From Longimicrobiales bacterium (GTDB taxonomy: Bacteria > Gemmatimonadota > Gemmatimonadetes > Longimicrobiales > Gaopeijiaceae), in contig CBDFMQ010000002.1 of the NCBI GenBank assembly GCA_965249725.1, forward strand, positions 2,336,001 through 2,400,000: a stretch of 64,000 nt of DNA, written 5' to 3'. A program made the position numbers and the translations under genes. The notes below the pieces were generated by a model. The model made no database searches. It was not told where the DNA came from and saw only the letters and a list, made by a program, of their open reading frames with translations. Position 1 is the first letter of the stretch; each line of letters starts with the position of its first letter. Positions 8,514 through 18,414 of this stretch are shown one piece after another.

Positions 8514-9578
8514 GTGGATGATCGGATCACGGTTCGGACCCCGGTTAGGACCGGGGTAGGAGTCCTCGGTGCGACGGGTACGGTCGGCCAGAGCCTCATT
8601 CGGCTCCTGGACGGCCATCCGTGGTTCCGCGTAGCAGAGGTGAGCGCCTCGGCCTCGTCTGCCGGGCAGAGTCTGGGCGAGCGGGTGCCCGGAGGGACTC
8701 TTCCGGAAGAAGCGGCCGCCCTCACCCTGCGCGCACCCGACTCGATGTGGGACTCTCCGCTTCTCCTGTCGGCCCTACCGTCTGAAGCAGCCCGCGAGGT
8801 AGAGATCCGCCTGGCCGAGGCCGGACACGTGGTCGTGAGCAACGCCTCGGCGCACCGGATGCGCCCTGACGTGCCGCTCCTCATCCCGGAGGTCAACGCC
8901 GATCATCTCGGCATGCTGGAGAGTCAGACGTGGGACGGGGCCCTGGTCACGAACCCGAACTGTGCCGTGGCGGGCTTGGCGCTGGCTCTGACGCCCCTGA
9001 ACGACGCGTTCGGCGTCGAGCGCGTAGTCACCACGTCGTTCCAAGCGATCTCGGGCGCCGGCACGCCCGGGCCTCCGGCGGGCAGTCTCCTCGACAACGT
9101 GCTGCCCTTCATCAAGGGAGAAGAAGAGAAGCTGGCCGAGGAGCCGCAGAAGATCCTCGGATCCGTGGACGCGGGCGTGCTGTCCGAGGCCGACTTCGCA
9201 GTGAGCGCGTCGTGCACTCGCGTGTCGGTCTCCGACGGGCATCTCCTGTCGGTGTCGGTGGCGCTCAGGGGCGACCCCTCGCCCCAGCAGGTGACCGAAG
9301 CCATCCAGGGGTTTCAGGCTCCTGATGCGGCCAGGAACCTACCGACCTCACCGGATCAGGTTCTTCACGTGACGGCCGAGGAGGATCGGCCCCAGCCGAG
9401 GCTCGACCGGGACCTCGGGCACGGGATGACCGTGACCGTCGGCCGGGTCCGGACGTGTGAGGTGCTCGACGTGAAGTTCTTCGTTCTGGCCCACAATCTG
9501 GTGCGTGGTGCGGCGGGTGCGGCTCTTCTGAACGCCGAGCTGTGCAAGGCGGAAGGCATCCTGGAGGGCATTCGATGA
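8514..9578 (+). CDS. asd: Aspartate-semialdehyde dehydrogenase
   Basis: GVLGATGTVG, SNASAHRM, PEVN, catalytic NPNC, QAISGAG, HNLVRGAAG. Confidence 0.95.
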   Translation: MDDRITVRTPVRTGVGVLGATGTVGQSLIRLLDGHPWFRVAEVSASASSAGQSLGERVPGGTLPEEAAALTLRAPDSMWDSPLLLSALPSEAAREVEIRLAEAGHVVVSNASAHRMRPDVPLLIPEVNADHLGMLESQTWDGALVTNPNCAVAGLALALTPLNDAFGVERVVTTSFQAISGAGTPGPPAGSLLDNVLPFIKGEEEKLAEEPQKILGSVDAGVLSEADFAVSASCTRVSVSDGHLLSVSVALRGDPSPQQVTEAIQGFQAPDAARNLPTSPDQVLHVTAEEDRPQPRLDRDLGHGMTVTVGRVRTCEVLDVKFFVLAHNLVRGAAGAALLNAELCKAEGILEGIR

Positions 9579-11044
9579 CGGACCGGCCCGCTCTCACGGA
9601 TACCGATTTCTGCGCCGATCCTTCGGCACGCCTCGGTGCCGCCCAGGAGATGACCGACAACCCCACGGCCGGTGTGCTTCGCGTGCACAAGTTCGGCGGG
9701 ACGTCGGTCGACGGAGCCGAGTGCCTCAAGGCGCTGGCCTGCATCATTCGGGACGAGGAGGGACCGGCCGTGGTCGTCGTCTCCGCCATGGCCGGCGTCA
9801 GCAACAAGCTGAGCGGGCTGCTCGTCGGCACGGACGATGGGCAGGCCCCGCTCGATCCGTCCGACGTGGTGGCGGGTCTCCGGCGCCGGCATCACGACGC
9901 CCTGATGGAGCTGACCGAGGAGGGTCCCGAGCGAACGGCGGCGGCCGACCGAATCGACCAGATCCTGGACAGGGTGGGAGAGCTGGTCCCCCTCGCCCCC
10001 GGAGCGGACACACGGCAGGACCGAGACCAACTGATGGCGGCGGGCGAAGATCTCACGGTCGAGCTGACGGTGGCGGCGCTCGAGGCCGAGGGGGTCACGG
10101 CCGCCGCGATGGACGCTCGGAGTGTGGTATGGACCGACGCCGGGTTCGGTGCCGCCATCCCGGACGTCGACGCGATCGGCCGGCTGGCTCCCGAACGCAT
10201 CGGGCCCCTGCTGGACGCCGGCACGGTCCCGGTGCTGCAGGGGTTCATCGGCAGTGAGGCCGGGGGCAGTACGACGACCTTGGGCCGGGGAGGATCCGAT
10301 TTCACAGCGGCGCTTCTCGGAGCGGCTCTGGACGCCACCGAGGTGGTCATCTGGACCGACGTGGACGGTATGTTCTCCGGAGATCCCAACCTGGTGCGGG
10401 CTGCCGAGGCCCTGCCAGAAGTGGGATTCGGCGAGGCGGTGGAACTCGCCTACTTCGGGGCGCGGGTGGTCCACCCTGCGGCCGTGAAGCACGCCGTCGC
10501 CAGAGGCATGTTTCTCAGGATCAAGAACGCGTTCAAACCGGACGGACCAGGGACGCTCATCCACTTCGATCGACGGGATACGGCCGCCTTTGCCGCGGTC
10601 GCTCACAAGACCGACGTCGCGTTGATCGAGGTGCGAGCATTCCCGACCGCCATGGCCTACGGATTCCTGGCACGGGTGTTCGCCGTACTGGCACGCCACA
10701 AGGTGCCCGTCGATCTGGTGGCGACCTCGCACAGCAGCACGGCCTTCACGGTGGATCGTGACCAGGAACTGACAGAGGTCCGGCGCGCCCTCTCGGTGTT
10801 CTCCGAAGTCGAGGTGACCGAGGACGTCTCGACGGTCACCGTCGTGGGCCGTGGGCTACTTCGGGAGCCGGGACTGGACGCTCTCGTGTTCTGGGCCGTA
10901 GAGAAGACGCCCGTCTACCTGATCTCACAGGCGTCCGATGTCAGCATCAGCTTCGTGGTCGACGAGGTCGAGGCTCCAGCGCTGGTCCGCAAGCTCCACC
11001 TTTCGCTGATCGAGCTGAGGAGGACCCAGGAGGGCGGAGCTTAG
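9575..11044 (+). CDS. lysC: Aspartate kinase
   Basis: KFGGTSV, VVVVSAMAGV, TTLGRGGSD, IWTDVDG, C-terminal ACT domains. ATG at 9575 overlaps the asd stop (ATGA). Confidence 0.93.
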   Translation: MTDRPALTDTDFCADPSARLGAAQEMTDNPTAGVLRVHKFGGTSVDGAECLKALACIIRDEEGPAVVVVSAMAGVSNKLSGLLVGTDDGQAPLDPSDVVAGLRRRHHDALMELTEEGPERTAAADRIDQILDRVGELVPLAPGADTRQDRDQLMAAGEDLTVELTVAALEAEGVTAAAMDARSVVWTDAGFGAAIPDVDAIGRLAPERIGPLLDAGTVPVLQGFIGSEAGGSTTTLGRGGSDFTAALLGAALDATEVVIWTDVDGMFSGDPNLVRAAEALPEVGFGEAVELAYFGARVVHPAAVKHAVARGMFLRIKNAFKPDGPGTLIHFDRRDTAAFAAVAHKTDVALIEVRAFPTAMAYGFLARVFAVLARHKVPVDLVATSHSSTAFTVDRDQELTEVRRALSVFSEVEVTEDVSTVTVVGRGLLREPGLDALVFWAVEKTPVYLISQASDVSISFVVDEVEAPALVRKLHLSLIELRRTQEGGA

Positions 11045-11088
11045 ACGAGGACGACGAAGATTACGAGGACGAAGAAGAGGAGGGAAAC

Positions 11089-12006
11089 ATGAACGCTAGT
11101 CGATTCAGGGGCGTCGGTGTGGCGCTGGTCACACCCTTCCGCGAGAACGGATCCGTGGACACGGAGGCCCTTCGCCGGCACGTGGACTACCAGATCGACC
11201 ACGGTGTCCAGGTCCTGGTGCCGTGTGGCACGACAGGAGAGAGTGCCACCCTTTCGGCGGATGAGCAGGCCCTCGTGGTGCGCAGCACCGTCCGTGCGGC
11301 CGACGGACGGTTTCCGGTCCTGGCGGGGGCAGGCGGCAGCGACACCGCCGACGTGGTGCGACGGGCTAGAGCGGCTAGAGAAGCCGGTGCCGATGGCATC
11401 CTCTCTGTTAGCCCCGCATACAACAAGCCCAGCCAACGGGGGCTCATCGAGCATTTCCGCGCGGTCGCCGATGCGGTGGACTGCCCGGTCGTGGCGTACA
11501 ACGTTCCCGGTCGCACCGCCTCCAACGTGCTCCCGGAGACGCTGCTGACTCTCGCGGAGGTGGACAACATCGTGGGTGTCAAAGAAGCCTCGGGCGACGT
11601 GAACCAGATCATGACGATCCTCAGTATGCGGCCCGAGGGCTTCCTGGTGCTTTCCGGGGACGACAGCCTGGCGATGCCGCTCATCGCGGCCGGGGCCGAC
11701 GGAGTGATCTCCGTGGTGGCCAACCAAGCGCCGGGCCTCATGTCCCGCTTGGTGGGCGCGGCTCTTCGAGGTGACTTCGACGAGGCGCGGACGCTCCACT
11801 ACCGCCTGCTGCCTCTCATGCAGGCGAACTTCGTGGAGACCAATCCAGTGCCGGTGAAGGCAGCCCTGCAGATGATGGGGCGATTGGAGGCCCGGTATCG
11901 GCTCCCGCTGGTCCCCCTCGATTCCGAAAACGAGCCGCGCATTCGTAGGGCGTTGGAGGAAGCCGGTCTGCTCCAGGCCGAGTTGGTCCCGGGACTGGTG
12001 CCCTGA
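11089..12006 (+). CDS. dapA: 4-hydroxy-tetrahydrodipicolinate synthase
   Basis: [38 protein letters not shown]; lies in the asd-lysC operon. Confidence 0.95.
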   Translation: MNASRFRGVGVALVTPFRENGSVDTEALRRHVDYQIDHGVQVLVPCGTTGESATLSADEQALVVRSTVRAADGRFPVLAGAGGSDTADVVRRARAAREAGADGILSVSPAYNKPSQRGLIEHFRAVADAVDCPVVAYNVPGRTASNVLPETLLTLAEVDNIVGVKEASGDVNQIMTILSMRPEGFLVLSGDDSLAMPLIAAGADGVISVVANQAPGLMSRLVGAALRGDFDEARTLHYRLLPLMQANFVETNPVPVKAALQMMGRLEARYRLPLVPLDSENEPRIRRALEEAGLLQAELVPGLVP

Positions 12007-12008
12007 TC

Positions 12009-12857
12009 GTGGATACGGCGGCACTCGAAGCGACCATCACCCGCCTGGCCGGGTCGGACGTCAGCCAGAGCACCGAGAGCACGGAGGAAGCCCGGGCTGC
12101 GGTCGAGCAGCTTCTCGTCGCCCTGACCCGCGGCGAGGTCCGCTCGGCTCGGTGCGTGGGAGGTGAGTGGCAGGCCGTGGAGTGGGTGAAGACCGGAATC
12201 CTGCTGACGTTCCGCGTCGGCCAGACCCGGGAATTCCCCGCTGATCCCTCCCCCTTCTACGACAAGGACACGCTACCACTCCGCGATACACGAGGCCTCG
12301 AGGAGAACATCCGGATCGTACCGGGCGGGAGTTCGGTGCGCTCCGGGGCGTTCCTCGGAGAGAACGTGATCATCATGCCACCGGCCTTCGTGAACATCGG
12401 AGCCTACGTAGGCCGCGACACCATGATCGACTCCCACGCGCTGGTCGGTTCATGTGCTCAAGTCGGCGAGCGGGTGCACTTGAGCGCCGGCGCACAGCTC
12501 GGCGGCGTTCTGGAGCCCGTCGGGCTGAGGCCGGTCGTGGTGGAGGACGACGCCATGATCGGTGGCAACGTCGGCGTCTTCGAGGGCACCCTGGTGGGAG
12601 AACGAGCCGTGCTGGCACCCGGGGTTCAGCTCACCTCTTCGACCTGTGTGTACGACCTGGTAAAGGAGACTACCTACCGAGGTGCCCCGGGTCGGCCTCT
12701 GACCATTCCGGCCGGTGCCGTGGTCGTGCCCGGCTCGCGGCATGTGCAAGGCGATTTCGCACGGGAACACGGGGTCCAGCTCTACGCACCCGTCATCGTG
12801 AAGTACAGAGATGCGTCTACGGACGCCGCCACGGCTCTGGAGGACGCGCTCCGCTAG
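12009..12857 (+). CDS. dapD: 2,3,4,5-tetrahydropyridine-2,6-dicarboxylate N-succinyltransferase
   Basis: [30 protein letters not shown], hexapeptide repeats. Confidence 0.92.
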   Translation: MDTAALEATITRLAGSDVSQSTESTEEARAAVEQLLVALTRGEVRSARCVGGEWQAVEWVKTGILLTFRVGQTREFPADPSPFYDKDTLPLRDTRGLEENIRIVPGGSSVRSGAFLGENVIIMPPAFVNIGAYVGRDTMIDSHALVGSCAQVGERVHLSAGAQLGGVLEPVGLRPVVVEDDAMIGGNVGVFEGTLVGERAVLAPGVQLTSSTCVYDLVKETTYRGAPGRPLTIPAGAVVVPGSRHVQGDFAREHGVQLYAPVIVKYRDASTDAATALEDALR

Positions 12858-13804
12858 TCGGGCCCCTCATCGGGCCCCTCATCGGACACCTCCGACACGG
12901 ATGAACCGGATTCGCGGGCGAGATCGGCCGCCCCTCGGGCCGCATCGACCACACGGTCACGCGCCTGACAGAGCATTCCTCCAATCGCGACCGAAACACG
13001 CTGCCGGAGCGGCCCATCCTCATCGATGAGCCCGCCAACGAGCGCGACCGCAGGACGGCCAGGCCAGGGGCCGAGACGCTTCACCACGGTGAGGACGTGG
13101 GCTGCCAGGTCTTCCACCGCGTTCTCGACGATGGTCGTGGCAACTGCGTCTCCCGCCTCCGCCTCGCGGCATACGATGGGGACCAGAGCCGCCACCTCCG
13201 CCTTGTTCGAGGTGGCGATCCAGGCGATCAAGTCCTCCGGACGATCCACCTCCAATGCAGTCAGAATCGGATCGCGGAGTCGTGTCTCCATGCTTCGGCC
13301 GTCCTCCCCCCGGACCAGCGCGCGCAGGGCGGCCATGCCCATCGCGTAGCCGCTTCCCTCGTCGCCCACCAGGTCGCCCCAACCACCGACACGCACCCAG
13401 GTACCATCGGTCCCTCGGCCCAACGCGCTAGAGCCGGTCCCCGAGATGAGCAGGATCCCGGCCTCCGCTCCGAAGGCGTCGTGGAACGCACACTTTGCGT
13501 CCGTGCCCACGTGGACGGCTCGGGCGATCCCAGCTTCCTGGAGTGCGTTCCGGACCAAGCTCTGGGCGGGGTCATTTCCGGCGCCTGCGATTCCGGCCCA
13601 GAGCACGTCCGCCGGGGGAGTCGCTCCCGCATTCCCCATGGCCTGACGGCACACGTGAGTGAGCACGCCGATGGTGGCACGCGGATCGGCTTGATCGATC
13701 AGCGTGGCCGGCCCCTCGGCGCGGGCCAGCTCCTGACCCTCTGCATCGGTCAACAAAGCGCGGGTCTGCGTGCCTCCTCCGTCTACGCCGAGAAAGAGGT
13801 TCAT
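12854..13804 (-). CDS. BadF/BadG/BcrA/BcrD-type sugar kinase (GlcNAc/MurNAc kinase, MurK-like)
   Basis: [35 protein letters not shown]3/NamZ context. Confidence 0.85.
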   Translation of the reverse strand: MNLFLGVDGGGTQTRALLTDAEGQELARAEGPATLIDQADPRATIGVLTHVCRQAMGNAGATPPADVLWAGIAGAGNDPAQSLVRNALQEAGIARAVHVGTDAKCAFHDAFGAEAGILLISGTGSSALGRGTDGTWVRVGGWGDLVGDEGSGYAMGMAALRALVRGEDGRSMETRLRDPILTALEVDRPEDLIAWIATSNKAEVAALVPIVCREAEAGDAVATTIVENAVEDLAAHVLTVVKRLGPWPGRPAVALVGGLIDEDGPLRQRVSVAIGGMLCQARDRVVDAARGAADLARESGSSVSEVSDEGPDEGPD

Positions 13805-15261
13805 GTGGCCTCCTCTGGCTGGAGGTCGGCCGGACGCGCCGCACCCAGCGTCCAGCCCACCGCAACCGTGACCGCCGTGCCGATGGGCACGAACCAGGGC
13901 CAGGCGACCGAGGAGCGGGCGAAAAGCCAGATGGACGTGACCACCGCGATGCCGGCGATCATACCCAGGATGACGCTACGCTGGTCGGCGCGGTGCGATC
14001 GCACGGCCAACACGAATGCCCCGAGTAGGCCTCCGTACACCATGGAGGCGATGGCCAAGGCCACCTCGACCGCGGTCGTCCCCTCACTGAGAGGGATGAA
14101 GACCACGGCTCCGCCGATCAGCAGCACGGCCCATACGAGCGTAAAGAGCCTCCCGGCCCGGAGCACCCGGACCTCATCGCCGTCTGCTCCTACCAAGGGC
14201 GCCCAGAAGTCGTAAGCCGTGGCCGACGCCAGAGAGTTGATGGATGAGGACAGTGACGACATGGCTGCGGCGAACACTCCGGCGATGAGCAGTCCGGTGA
14301 TACCCGGAGGAAGGACGTTCACCACGAAGCTGGCGAAGATCTCGTCTCCCCGACTGAACTCCTGCCCTCCGTAGAACTCCCACAGGCCGAGTCCCACGAG
14401 GAGGAACAGGGCGAATTGAACCATCACGGCCACACCGCTCCCCACCAGGGCCTTTCGGCTGGAGTCCAGGTCGCGGCAGGTGAGAAGGCGCTGGACGATG
14501 AGCTGGTCGGTGCCGTGCGACGCCATGGTCAAGAAGCCCCCGCCGAGAACGCCGGCCCACAGCGTATACGGAACGGCGAAATCGAGGGACAGGTTCAAGA
14601 CGGACATCTTCCCGGCCTCGCCGGCACTGGCGAGAATCGTGGCCCATCCACCCGGGACCAGAGTCTGCAAGGCGACGATGGCCACGAGCGCCCCGAGCAG
14701 ATAGAGACCCATCTGTACGGCGTCGACCCAGATGACGGCTTTGATGCCTCCGAAGTAGGTGTAGACCACGGTCATGAGGCCGATAACTGCGATGGACACG
14801 GGATAGTCCCAGCCCGTCACCAGGGCCAGGGGAATCGCCGTGGCGAATAAACGCACCGAGTCGGCGAGGAGCCGGGTCACCATGAAGACGGCCGAAGCGA
14901 AGCGACGGGCGCCTTGTCCGAATCGACCCTCAAGCAGCTCGTACGCCGTGCTCAGCTCGCCCCGGTAGTAGGAGGGCAAGAGGAACGCCGACACCACCAC
15001 CCTTCCCGCCAAGTACCCGAAGGTGAGCTGCAGGAAGCCCAGGGTTCCCAGATAGGACACTCCGGGCACGCTCAAGAAGGTCAGGGTGCTCGTCTCCGTG
15101 GCGACCACGGACAGCATGACGGCCACCCACGGCAGTTCCCTGTTTCCGAGAAAGTAGTCGCGACCGCTGGTCTGCCCCCGTCCCAGCCAGGCGCCCCATG
15201 CGGTGATTCCCACCAGGTACAACAGCAGAACGGAGAGATCGAGAGACGTGAACGCGCTCAT
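13801..15261 (-). CDS. Sodium:solute symporter (SSS family), probable amino-sugar transporter
   Basis: DYFLGNR, SVVATETS, GGIKAVIWVDAVQ, DQLIVQRLL, AAAMSSLSSSINSLA; many TM helices. TTG at 15267 is an alternative start. Confidence 0.92.
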   Translation of the reverse strand: MSAFTSLDLSVLLLYLVGITAWGAWLGRGQTSGRDYFLGNRELPWVAVMLSVVATETSTLTFLSVPGVSYLGTLGFLQLTFGYLAGRVVVSAFLLPSYYRGELSTAYELLEGRFGQGARRFASAVFMVTRLLADSVRLFATAIPLALVTGWDYPVSIAVIGLMTVVYTYFGGIKAVIWVDAVQMGLYLLGALVAIVALQTLVPGGWATILASAGEAGKMSVLNLSLDFAVPYTLWAGVLGGGFLTMASHGTDQLIVQRLLTCRDLDSSRKALVGSGVAVMVQFALFLLVGLGLWEFYGGQEFSRGDEIFASFVVNVLPPGITGLLIAGVFAAAMSSLSSSINSLASATAYDFWAPLVGADGDEVRVLRAGRLFTLVWAVLLIGGAVVFIPLSEGTTAVEVALAIASMVYGGLLGAFVLAVRSHRADQRSVILGMIAGIAVVTSIWLFARSSVAWPWFVPIGTAVTVAVGWTLGAARPADLQPEEAT

Positions 15262-15291
15262 CGACAAGCGCTCGGATGAAATCCGGTGGAG

Positions 15292-18200
15292 CTAGGGTTC
15301 ACGCCGTCTCACATCCCGGTCCGTGATCGCCAGAGCCGCCGCATCATGAACCGCCCTTCGGAGAGGCACGTGCCTCGAGTTCTCCCGGGTGGGATTGACC
15401 CTGTTCGTCAGCAAGACGACGAACAGGTCGAGCTCCGCGTCGATCCAGATGGACGTCCCCGTGTACCCGGTGTGCCCGAAGGCATACGAGGTGAAATAGT
15501 CGCCGGCCGAAGACCGTCCACTGGGGGTGTCCCAACCCAGCCCCCGACTGGCCGAGGCGTCGTAGGGCCGCGTGAAGCTCCCCACGGTCTCCTCGGAGAC
15601 GATGCGAACGTCGTCCGCAGCGCCACTGATGCAGATGGTTCCGTCTGACGATCCTCCGACCGTACATCCGCCGACACGGCCCCCGTTGAGCAGCATCTGG
15701 GCCACGACGGCCAGGTCGGACGCCGTGGAGAAGAGCCCCGCATGGCCGGCCACTCCCCCGATGGCATAGGCATTCTCATCGTGGACGACACCGTGCACGT
15801 GCACGCCCCGGAAGACCGTGTCCATCTCGGTAGGCGCGATGCGCCGCTGAAGCTCCGGGGCGGGCCGGAATCCCGTGTCCGTCATTCCCAGGCGATCCCA
15901 GACGCGATCCTCGAGGAGAGCGTCGAGGGGCTGGCCGGTGATCTCCTCGATGATGAATGCGACGGTCATGACCCCGATGTCGGAGTAGACGGTGCGCGAG
16001 CCGGGCACGTAATCGAGCTGCAGATCCCCGATCGCCGTCTCGTAGGCGTTGCGGCCCTCCATCTCGAGGTAGAAGCGACGGAAGGGTGGAAGTCCGGCGC
16101 GATGGAGGAGGAGGTGACGCACGGTGACGTCGGCCTTGGCCGGATCTCCCCTGCCCCACCAAGGGAGATAGTCGACCACGGATGCGTCCAGGTCGAGGCG
16201 GCCCTCGTCCACCAACATCATGGCCGCCGTCGTCGTGCCCACGACCTTCGTGAGGGACGCCAAATCGTAGATCGAGTTCTCATCGGCAGGCTCGGCGGAC
16301 GGATCCCAATCGAGGCGGCCGTAACCCCTGAGTCGCACCAGCTTGCCACCCCGGCCCACGGCCACGACCGCACCCGGCGTCCCCCCGGCCATGATGGCCT
16401 CGGTCACGAGGTAGTCCAGCGCCTGGAGACGACGGGCACTCATACCGACCGATGCCGGATCGGCTTCGCGCTCGGAGATCGACACGCCGACGGCGGTGGC
16501 AGCAGCACCCGCCGCCGCACCCGTCACCGCGCCGGTCGATTCCGTACCAGCGGGCACCGGATCGGCTCCCCCAGATGCGGTGCCCATCGACCGGGTGATC
16601 CCATCTCCTATGGCGTGGAACGGAGGAATGGAAATGGGCAGACGTCCCTCGATCGCCGTCTCCCCGAACAGGGCTCGGACCGCGGCCGTCTGCGACACCT
16701 CTCGGTCCCCCCAGGCGATCAGATAGGCGGGCGCATCCGGCAGGGCGCCCAGCAAGTAGGGGTTCCCGAACGACGTGACGAGCAGCGGGCGTTCACTCCC
16801 GACCTCACGGACGAAGTCGGCGAGGGCGTCGGGGGCGGCGACCTCTCCCGCCCCCGCCCTCGGCGGCACATAGGCGCTGACCAGCACCAAGTCGGCATCT
16901 CGCGCTCGGACGCGCAGTGAGTCGTACGCCTCCTCCGGGGTGTCGGGATCGACCCGTGCGCGCCGCACCGAGGCGACCCTACCGGACAGGGCCGGGTCGA
17001 ACGCAGTGCCCGCCACCAGATTGTCGGCCCGCGCATAGGTCACGCTGAGGATCCGGCGCGTGACGGTGGAGTCCACCGGCACCGCCCCCGGGCGGTCCCG
17101 AAGGAGGGTCATGGACCTCGCCGCAGCAGTGTCGGCGAACGCGAGGTGCGCAGCGCTCCCTACGACGTCGTCCACGGCGTCCAGGTCTACCATGCGCCCC
17201 CTATGGAGTCCGGCCCGGGCCTTGGTCTCCAGCACACGGCGGGCGGAGGCCTCGATGCGTCCTTGAGGTACACGCCCCGAGTTGACGGCCGCGACCACAG
17301 CGTCGATGGCCTCGGTCACGTCGGTGGGCATGAGCAGGACGTCGCTCCCGGCCTCCAGGGCCAGAACGACCAACTCCCCTGTTCCATACCGATCGGCGAG
17401 GGCCCCCATGACCAGAGCATCGGTGAGGAGCAGACCCTCGAAGTCCATCTCCTCGCGCAGGAGTTCGGTCATGAATCGTGGATCGAGGGTCGCGGGTGGC
17501 CCTGATGTGCCCTGCACGCCGGACACCAACACGTGGGCGGTCATGACCGCGTCGACCCCCGATGTCACGGCTTCACGGAAGGGCACCAACTCGACGGTGT
17601 TGAGACGGTCCCAGTCCGCAGGGACCACCGGCAGATCGAGATGAGAGTCCGTCCGTGTGTCTCCGTGCCCCGGGAAGTGCTTCGCTGTGGCCAGCACCCC
17701 GCCCTGGTGGGCGCCCTGGATGTAGGCGGCACCCAAGCGCGCGACCGTCGCCGGGTCCTCACCGAACGAGCGCGTGTTGATGATCGGGTTGTCCGGGTTC
17801 GAATTGACGTCCAGCACCGGAGCGAAGTTCAGGTGGACACCGACCGCTTTCGCCTCCACCGCCGTGATGCGTCCGTATTCCCGGACGAAGCGCTCGTCGC
17901 CGATGGCCCCGAACGCCATGGTGGGCGGGAAGCTGGTGCCGCCGCCCTGCGGCAGCATGGAGGGCAGCGCGTAGGAGTGGTTGATCCGCATTCCCGGCCC
18001 GCCGTTCTCGAAGTCGGAAGTGACCAGGAGTGGGACGTCGGACCGTGACTGCAGCTCGTTGATCTTCGCCGCGTAGGAGTGCGGCAGCCCGATGGACAGG
18101 TAGATGCCCCCGATCTGGTCGTCCTCTACCCACCCGGCCCACTCCAGAAACTCGGGACTGGTGGTCGACGCATATGACCCCGGCAGCCACTGGATGACGA

Positions 18201-18414
18201 GTTGGCCCACCTGTTGGCGCAGCGTGAGAGAGGCCAGCGTCTCGTCCACCCACGCCAGCGCCTCACTACTGAGCGCCCTCTGGCCGGGCGTGAACTCTCC
18301 GGGGGCGGAGCCGGCCATCGGGCCGACCACCCACTCGCCCGGTCCCACCGATGTGCAGCCGACGACCCACAGAACGGCCAGGACGGCCGCGAGAAGACGT
18401 GGCCTACCGCCCAC
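15292..18414 (-). CDS. GH3 beta-N-acetylglucosaminidase (NagZ-like) fused to a beta-lactamase-fold serine hydrolase (AmiE-like); lipoprotein
   Basis: Lipobox VVGC; GH3 motifs FAPVLDVN, RSFGED, KHFPGHGDTRTDSH; C-terminal domain with SLTK (SxxK), YSD, VHDENA, GHAGLF, GHTGYTG. Confidence 0.9.
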   Translation of the reverse strand: MGGRPRLLAAVLAVLWVVGCTSVGPGEWVVGPMAGSAPGEFTPGQRALSSEALAWVDETLASLTLRQQVGQLVIQWLPGSYASTTSPEFLEWAGWVEDDQIGGIYLSIGLPHSYAAKINELQSRSDVPLLVTSDFENGGPGMRINHSYALPSMLPQGGGTSFPPTMAFGAIGDERFVREYGRITAVEAKAVGVHLNFAPVLDVNSNPDNPIINTRSFGEDPATVARLGAAYIQGAHQGGVLATAKHFPGHGDTRTDSHLDLPVVPADWDRLNTVELVPFREAVTSGVDAVMTAHVLVSGVQGTSGPPATLDPRFMTELLREEMDFEGLLLTDALVMGALADRYGTGELVVLALEAGSDVLLMPTDVTEAIDAVVAAVNSGRVPQGRIEASARRVLETKARAGLHRGRMVDLDAVDDVVGSAAHLAFADTAAARSMTLLRDRPGAVPVDSTVTRRILSVTYARADNLVAGTAFDPALSGRVASVRRARVDPDTPEEAYDSLRVRARDADLVLVSAYVPPRAGAGEVAAPDALADFVREVGSERPLLVTSFGNPYLLGALPDAPAYLIAWGDREVSQTAAVRALFGETAIEGRLPISIPPFHAIGDGITRSMGTASGGADPVPAGTESTGAVTGAAAGAAATAVGVSISEREADPASVGMSARRLQALDYLVTEAIMAGGTPGAVVAVGRGGKLVRLRGYGRLDWDPSAEPADENSIYDLASLTKVVGTTTAAMMLVDEGRLDLDASVVDYLPWWGRGDPAKADVTVRHLLLHRAGLPPFRRFYLEMEGRNAYETAIGDLQLDYVPGSRTVYSDIGVMTVAFIIEEITGQPLDALLEDRVWDRLGMTDTGFRPAPELQRRIAPTEMDTVFRGVHVHGVVHDENAYAIGGVAGHAGLFSTASDLAVVAQMLLNGGRVGGCTVGGSSDGTICISGAADDVRIVSEETVGSFTRPYDASASRGLGWDTPSGRSSAGDYFTSYAFGHTGYTGTSIWIDAELDLFVVLLTNRVNPTRENSRHVPLRRAVHDAAALAITDRDVRRREP

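Noticed and set aside
12858..12898. 12-bp tandem repeat TCGGGCCCCTCA; also the ASAG-coding repeat at 20221-20262 and (PE)n at ~52745-52771
   Set aside because: In-frame low-complexity tails and linkers; no spacers, not CRISPR.
15292..16480. Beta-lactamase resistance gene
   Set aside because: The domain is fused to NagZ in a peptidoglycan salvage locus; an AmiE-like role is more likely.
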